This document shows positions 61,406 to 64,000 of a stretch of DNA of 64,000 bases, in pieces; position 1 is the first letter of the stretch, and every line of letters begins with the position of its first letter. This stretch comes from an uncultured Bacilli bacterium (lineage in GTDB: Bacteria > Bacillota_I > Bacilli_A > RF39 > UBA660). The stretch covers positions 18,697 to 82,696 of the forward strand of contig CAKOPW010000005.1 in the NCBI GenBank assembly GCA_934101115.1. Direction: 5' to 3'. The notes under the pieces were generated by a model. That model was not told the DNA's origin. It worked only from the letters and a program-made list of their open reading frames with translations, and did not search any database. The position numbers were made by a program, and so were the translations under genes.

Positions 61406-62773
61406 GTGATGAGTGTGAATACTAGCAATGAATTATTATTATCAATAATTAATTCAAGGCTAAAGGAATTAACCGATAAAGATAAAATAAAAGTATATTA
61501 TGACGATATCGATTTAGTAAGGTTAATAAAAGGCATTGAAGAAAATAATGATAATATGAAATATTTGACAGATCCTTTAATTGAAGGAATAATATCTACT
61601 TCTAAGGTTAGAAATAAAGAAAAATTTATCAGTCAAATAAAAAGCATAAGAGATGTTTTTATAGGAAAACAAAAATACAAATTAAAAGTTGAATTTAATC
61701 CAAAATACATTAAAGACATAAATACTTTTCTAACAATGCTAAGAGATTATGTTGAAGAATCAGAAAGTGGATTAATAGATAATGAAAATTATATAAATGA
61801 GTTAAAAGAGTTAAAAGAAAAGATGTTCAGTAATGAATTAATTATTAACTTCTCATTTATTGAAAAAGTATTAAATGATTACAATTCTGTAGAGTTTGAA
61901 TCCAATCTATATAAAGTAATGGAGTATATTTCCTTACACAATTTAAATATATTAAAAACTCCGGATAGTATTTTACCGGTAGTTGAGACAAAATCAATTA
62001 AAACAATTGATGAAGATGAAAATATTAAAGCTGTTCTAGATAAACTAGAAATCGATTATAAAAATCTATCTAGTGAATTGATAGGTGGTCTAGTAACTGT
62101 CAATCATGAGACATTTATGGATAATTTTGGCCTTATAAGTAAAAATAAAGCTGAAAATTATGGTATTCTACACTTATTTAGCAAAGAAAATTACAAAGCT
62201 AAACTTATTGTTCTTTTGTATTCTGATGTTGAAACAATTAAAGAGGTAGTCGATTTAACAAAAGATGTTAAAGGTAAGATAAATATTCCTCTATTAAAAT
62301 CCATATGCAATAATGTTGCAACATGTTTTATAAAAAATGAAAATCCAAAATATAAACCAATGTTTGAAAATTTCAAAAAAAATATGGAACAATTAAAATC
62401 ACTTGAAGTTAATTATCCGTTGTTAATAAAAAATTCTCCATTATTTATGGTTGCTAGTGCAAGCGATATTAACTTTGCTTTAAATCATTTAGCAATGATG
62501 GGATTTGATAAAAAACAAGTTGTCAATAAATGTTATAAAACTCTTTCAATTAATCCAAGCCTTATTGTTAAAAATTCCAATGTTTTAAAAAGTAAAATCG
62601 TTGATTTAGATATGTTTATTAAAGAAAGCAAAAACTATGTCTTGCTTAAAGTTGAAAACTTGGAAGATAAAATTAATTATTTGGTAAAACAAAATAAAGA
62701 AACAACAACACATAAAAAGTTAACTAAAAATATAGAAGAATGCGTAGTAGACGCTTTAAGAAATGGTGATTAA
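61406..62773 (+). CDS. hypothetical protein
   Basis: 455-aa ORF that begins immediately after the previous stop. Confidence 0.4.
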   Translation: MMSVNTSNELLLSIINSRLKELTDKDKIKVYYDDIDLVRLIKGIEENNDNMKYLTDPLIEGIISTSKVRNKEKFISQIKSIRDVFIGKQKYKLKVEFNPKYIKDINTFLTMLRDYVEESESGLIDNENYINELKELKEKMFSNELIINFSFIEKVLNDYNSVEFESNLYKVMEYISLHNLNILKTPDSILPVVETKSIKTIDEDENIKAVLDKLEIDYKNLSSELIGGLVTVNHETFMDNFGLISKNKAENYGILHLFSKENYKAKLIVLLYSDVETIKEVVDLTKDVKGKINIPLLKSICNNVATCFIKNENPKYKPMFENFKKNMEQLKSLEVNYPLLIKNSPLFMVASASDINFALNHLAMMGFDKKQVVNKCYKTLSINPSLIVKNSNVLKSKIVDLDMFIKESKNYVLLKVENLEDKINYLVKQNKETTTHKKLTKNIEECVVDALRNGD

Positions 62774-63074
62774 TATGATAAGTTATATTAAGAATTATGG
62801 AATAAGCAACATTCAATATGAGTATATTCTAAGAGATTTAAAAAAAGAATATCTTGATATTTTGGATATTGAAGAAGAAAGCATAAAAGAAGTCCTAGCT
62901 TATTATAATGAACTAGGTATTAAAGAAAGTATATATAATATAATAATGAAAAGATTTGATCTAATTATAAATACTAAAGCTGAACTAGAAACTAAGTTAG
63001 CTGCAATAGATATAAAATTATTAAGAAAAATAGTAAAAAATAATGTGGACTCATTAGTAATGTTTGGTATATAG
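62763..63074 (+). CDS. hypothetical protein
   Basis: 103 aa. Overlaps the upstream gene by 11 nt. Confidence 0.35.
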   Translation: MVINMISYIKNYGISNIQYEYILRDLKKEYLDILDIEEESIKEVLAYYNELGIKESIYNIIMKRFDLIINTKAELETKLAAIDIKLLRKIVKNNVDSLVMFGI

Positions 63075-63154
63075 GGCAAGTTATCTTGTCCTTTTCTATT
63101 TTTGTATTGAATTAAGTATATCAAACGTGTTAAAATAAATATACATTTGTAATT

Positions 63155-63231
63155 GGTCTGTTGGTGAAGTGGTTTAACACATAACCCTCTCAAGGTTACA
63201 TACATGGGTCCGAATCCCATACAGATCACCA
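63155..63231 (+). tRNA. tRNA-Glu-like with CUC anticodon, encoded CCA
   Basis: Hand-folded cloverleaf. Acceptor stem GGTCTGT/ACAGATC, D-loop with GG, anticodon stem TAACC/GGTTA with loop CTCTCAA, T-arm ATGGG-TCCGAAT-CCCAT. It follows the recalled B. subtilis tRNA-Glu pattern but carries C34 and C55. Confidence 0.55.
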
Positions 63232-63242
63232 TTTTTAAATAT

Positions 63243-63268
63243 AAACTCCGTTGGAGTTTTTTTTATAA
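63243..63268 (+). terminator. rho-independent terminator after the tRNA
   Basis: aaactccgttggagttt followed by tttttt. Confidence 0.6.
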
Positions 63269-63389
63269 AAAATTATATATTTTGCATAATATATATTAGC
63301 AAGTATAAATTTGACATAACCTCATATATTATGTTAATATATCTTGCAACACAGAAAGAAATGTGTTTATAATTAATTAGAAAATCTAA

Positions 63390-63530
63390 TTTTTCTAATT
63401 GACGGGAGATTGTAGCCCCAGCCTATCTTCGGCGGCCACTTCGGTGGTAAAACACAAAGTAGAAGGAAATTTTGCCTATTCAGTATAGGCTGCTACTAGG
63501 GAACTTGTCGTTGATAAGTTCCTTTTTTAT
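63390..63530 (+). promoter_or_regulatory. structured 5' leader with intrinsic terminator immediately before the RBS of the downstream ORF
   Basis: Hairpins ccacttcggtgg and gcctattcagtataggc. Then ggaacttgtcgttgataagttcc plus tttttt ends 2 nt before a GGGGGA RBS and the ATG. Confidence 0.3.
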
Positions 63531-63532
63531 TC

Positions 63533-63763
63533 TTGGGGGAGATGGAATATATGTTGGATAATTTAATTAGTACTTATGAAGAATTGAAAAAATATAAGTT
63601 TATAATTGATAGAGGTGTTAAAGGCACGCTTGTTTTTAATTTTTCTAATGACAATTTTTTTCACTTAGTAGGATTACAATATTTAAATGTTACTATGTTT
63701 ATTCCTAGTTATATAAAAACTAAAGATAAGCAATACAAATACATCAAAAAAAATATAAAATAA
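63533..63763 (+). CDS. hypothetical protein (frame may continue after an in-frame stop, cut by window edge)
   Basis: 76-aa ORF. Another frame stays open from about 63770 to the window end, so the gene may be frameshifted, or a second gene may start there. Confidence 0.3.
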   Translation: MGEMEYMLDNLISTYEELKKYKFIIDRGVKGTLVFNFSNDNFFHLVGLQYLNVTMFIPSYIKTKDKQYKYIKKNIK

Positions 63764-64000
63764 TTTAATTATATTATTGAAAATCAAATTCAAGAAAAAG
63801 ATTCATTATATTTAAGAATGCAAACGTTCAATAATATAATTGATTTATTAAATGGTGAAAAAACAAATTTGTATGATATAAGAGGAAAAAATGATGGTAG
63901 TTTAATAAAAGGAGACTTTGGCTTATTAAAAATATATGAAGAAATATATTGCTTTTTAGGACTAAAAAAAATTGATTCTCCAACAAATGAGGATCTAGTA

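Noticed and set aside
63390-63530. Possibility that the leader is a ToxI-like type III antitoxin repeat RNA for the downstream ORF
   Set aside because: No tandem repeat periodicity is present in the leader, and the downstream protein does not resemble ToxN/AbiQ N-termini.
1-64000. CRISPR arrays and IS elements
   Set aside because: Scanned for regularly spaced direct repeats and for transposase-like ORFs. None found. Only decayed replication-gene fragments at 25958-26657.

Overview
This is an AT-rich chromosomal window from a low-GC Firmicutes-type genome and it spans the replication origin. The left part carries the origin gene set. On the minus strand this is recF (cut at the window edge), dnaN and dnaA, with DnaA-box clusters on both sides of dnaA. 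On the plus strand it is rpmH-rnpA-yidC-jag-mnmE-mnmG-rsmG-parB. Further conserved genes follow: a class A PBP, rpoE (delta subunit), prfA, prmC, murA, rpmE, rpiB, recG, and sporulation-type genes (spoIIR, spoIID, a degenerate M23 SpoIIQ-like protein). Between recG (ends about 24.4 kb) and rubrerythrin/addAB (starts about 48.5 kb) lies an accessory, defence-island-like stretch. It opens with decayed plasmid or ICE replication-gene fragments. It then carries a LlaJI/McrBC-like restriction-modification operon with an XRE-type controller, a C5-cytosine methyltransferase that appears to contain two tandem MTase-like catalytic cores, a McrB-like GTPase and a McrC-like nuclease. Next come a large SF1 helicase with a roughly 500-aa uncharacterised N-terminal region and an HTH-Fic protein. 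These are followed by a tightly coupled three-gene cassette of a PD-(D/E)xK-like protein, a SMODS/CD-NTase-like nucleotidyltransferase and a small E2-like protein (candidate minimal CBASS). The stretch ends with a cluster encoding a DnaQ-like exonuclease with tandem zinc ribbons, a KTSC-domain protein and an ABC/Rad50-like ATPase with a central CxxC zinc-hook. The right part carries a UvrD-like helicase, addA and addB, an M15 peptidase, a thermonuclease and an RluA-family pseudouridine synthase. It also has an operon of three uncharacterised proteins, a tRNA-Glu-like gene with a CUC anticodon, and a structured leader in front of a further gene cut by the window edge. No CRISPR array and no rRNA genes were seen. 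All calls come from reading the six-frame translations for motifs; no database search was possible.
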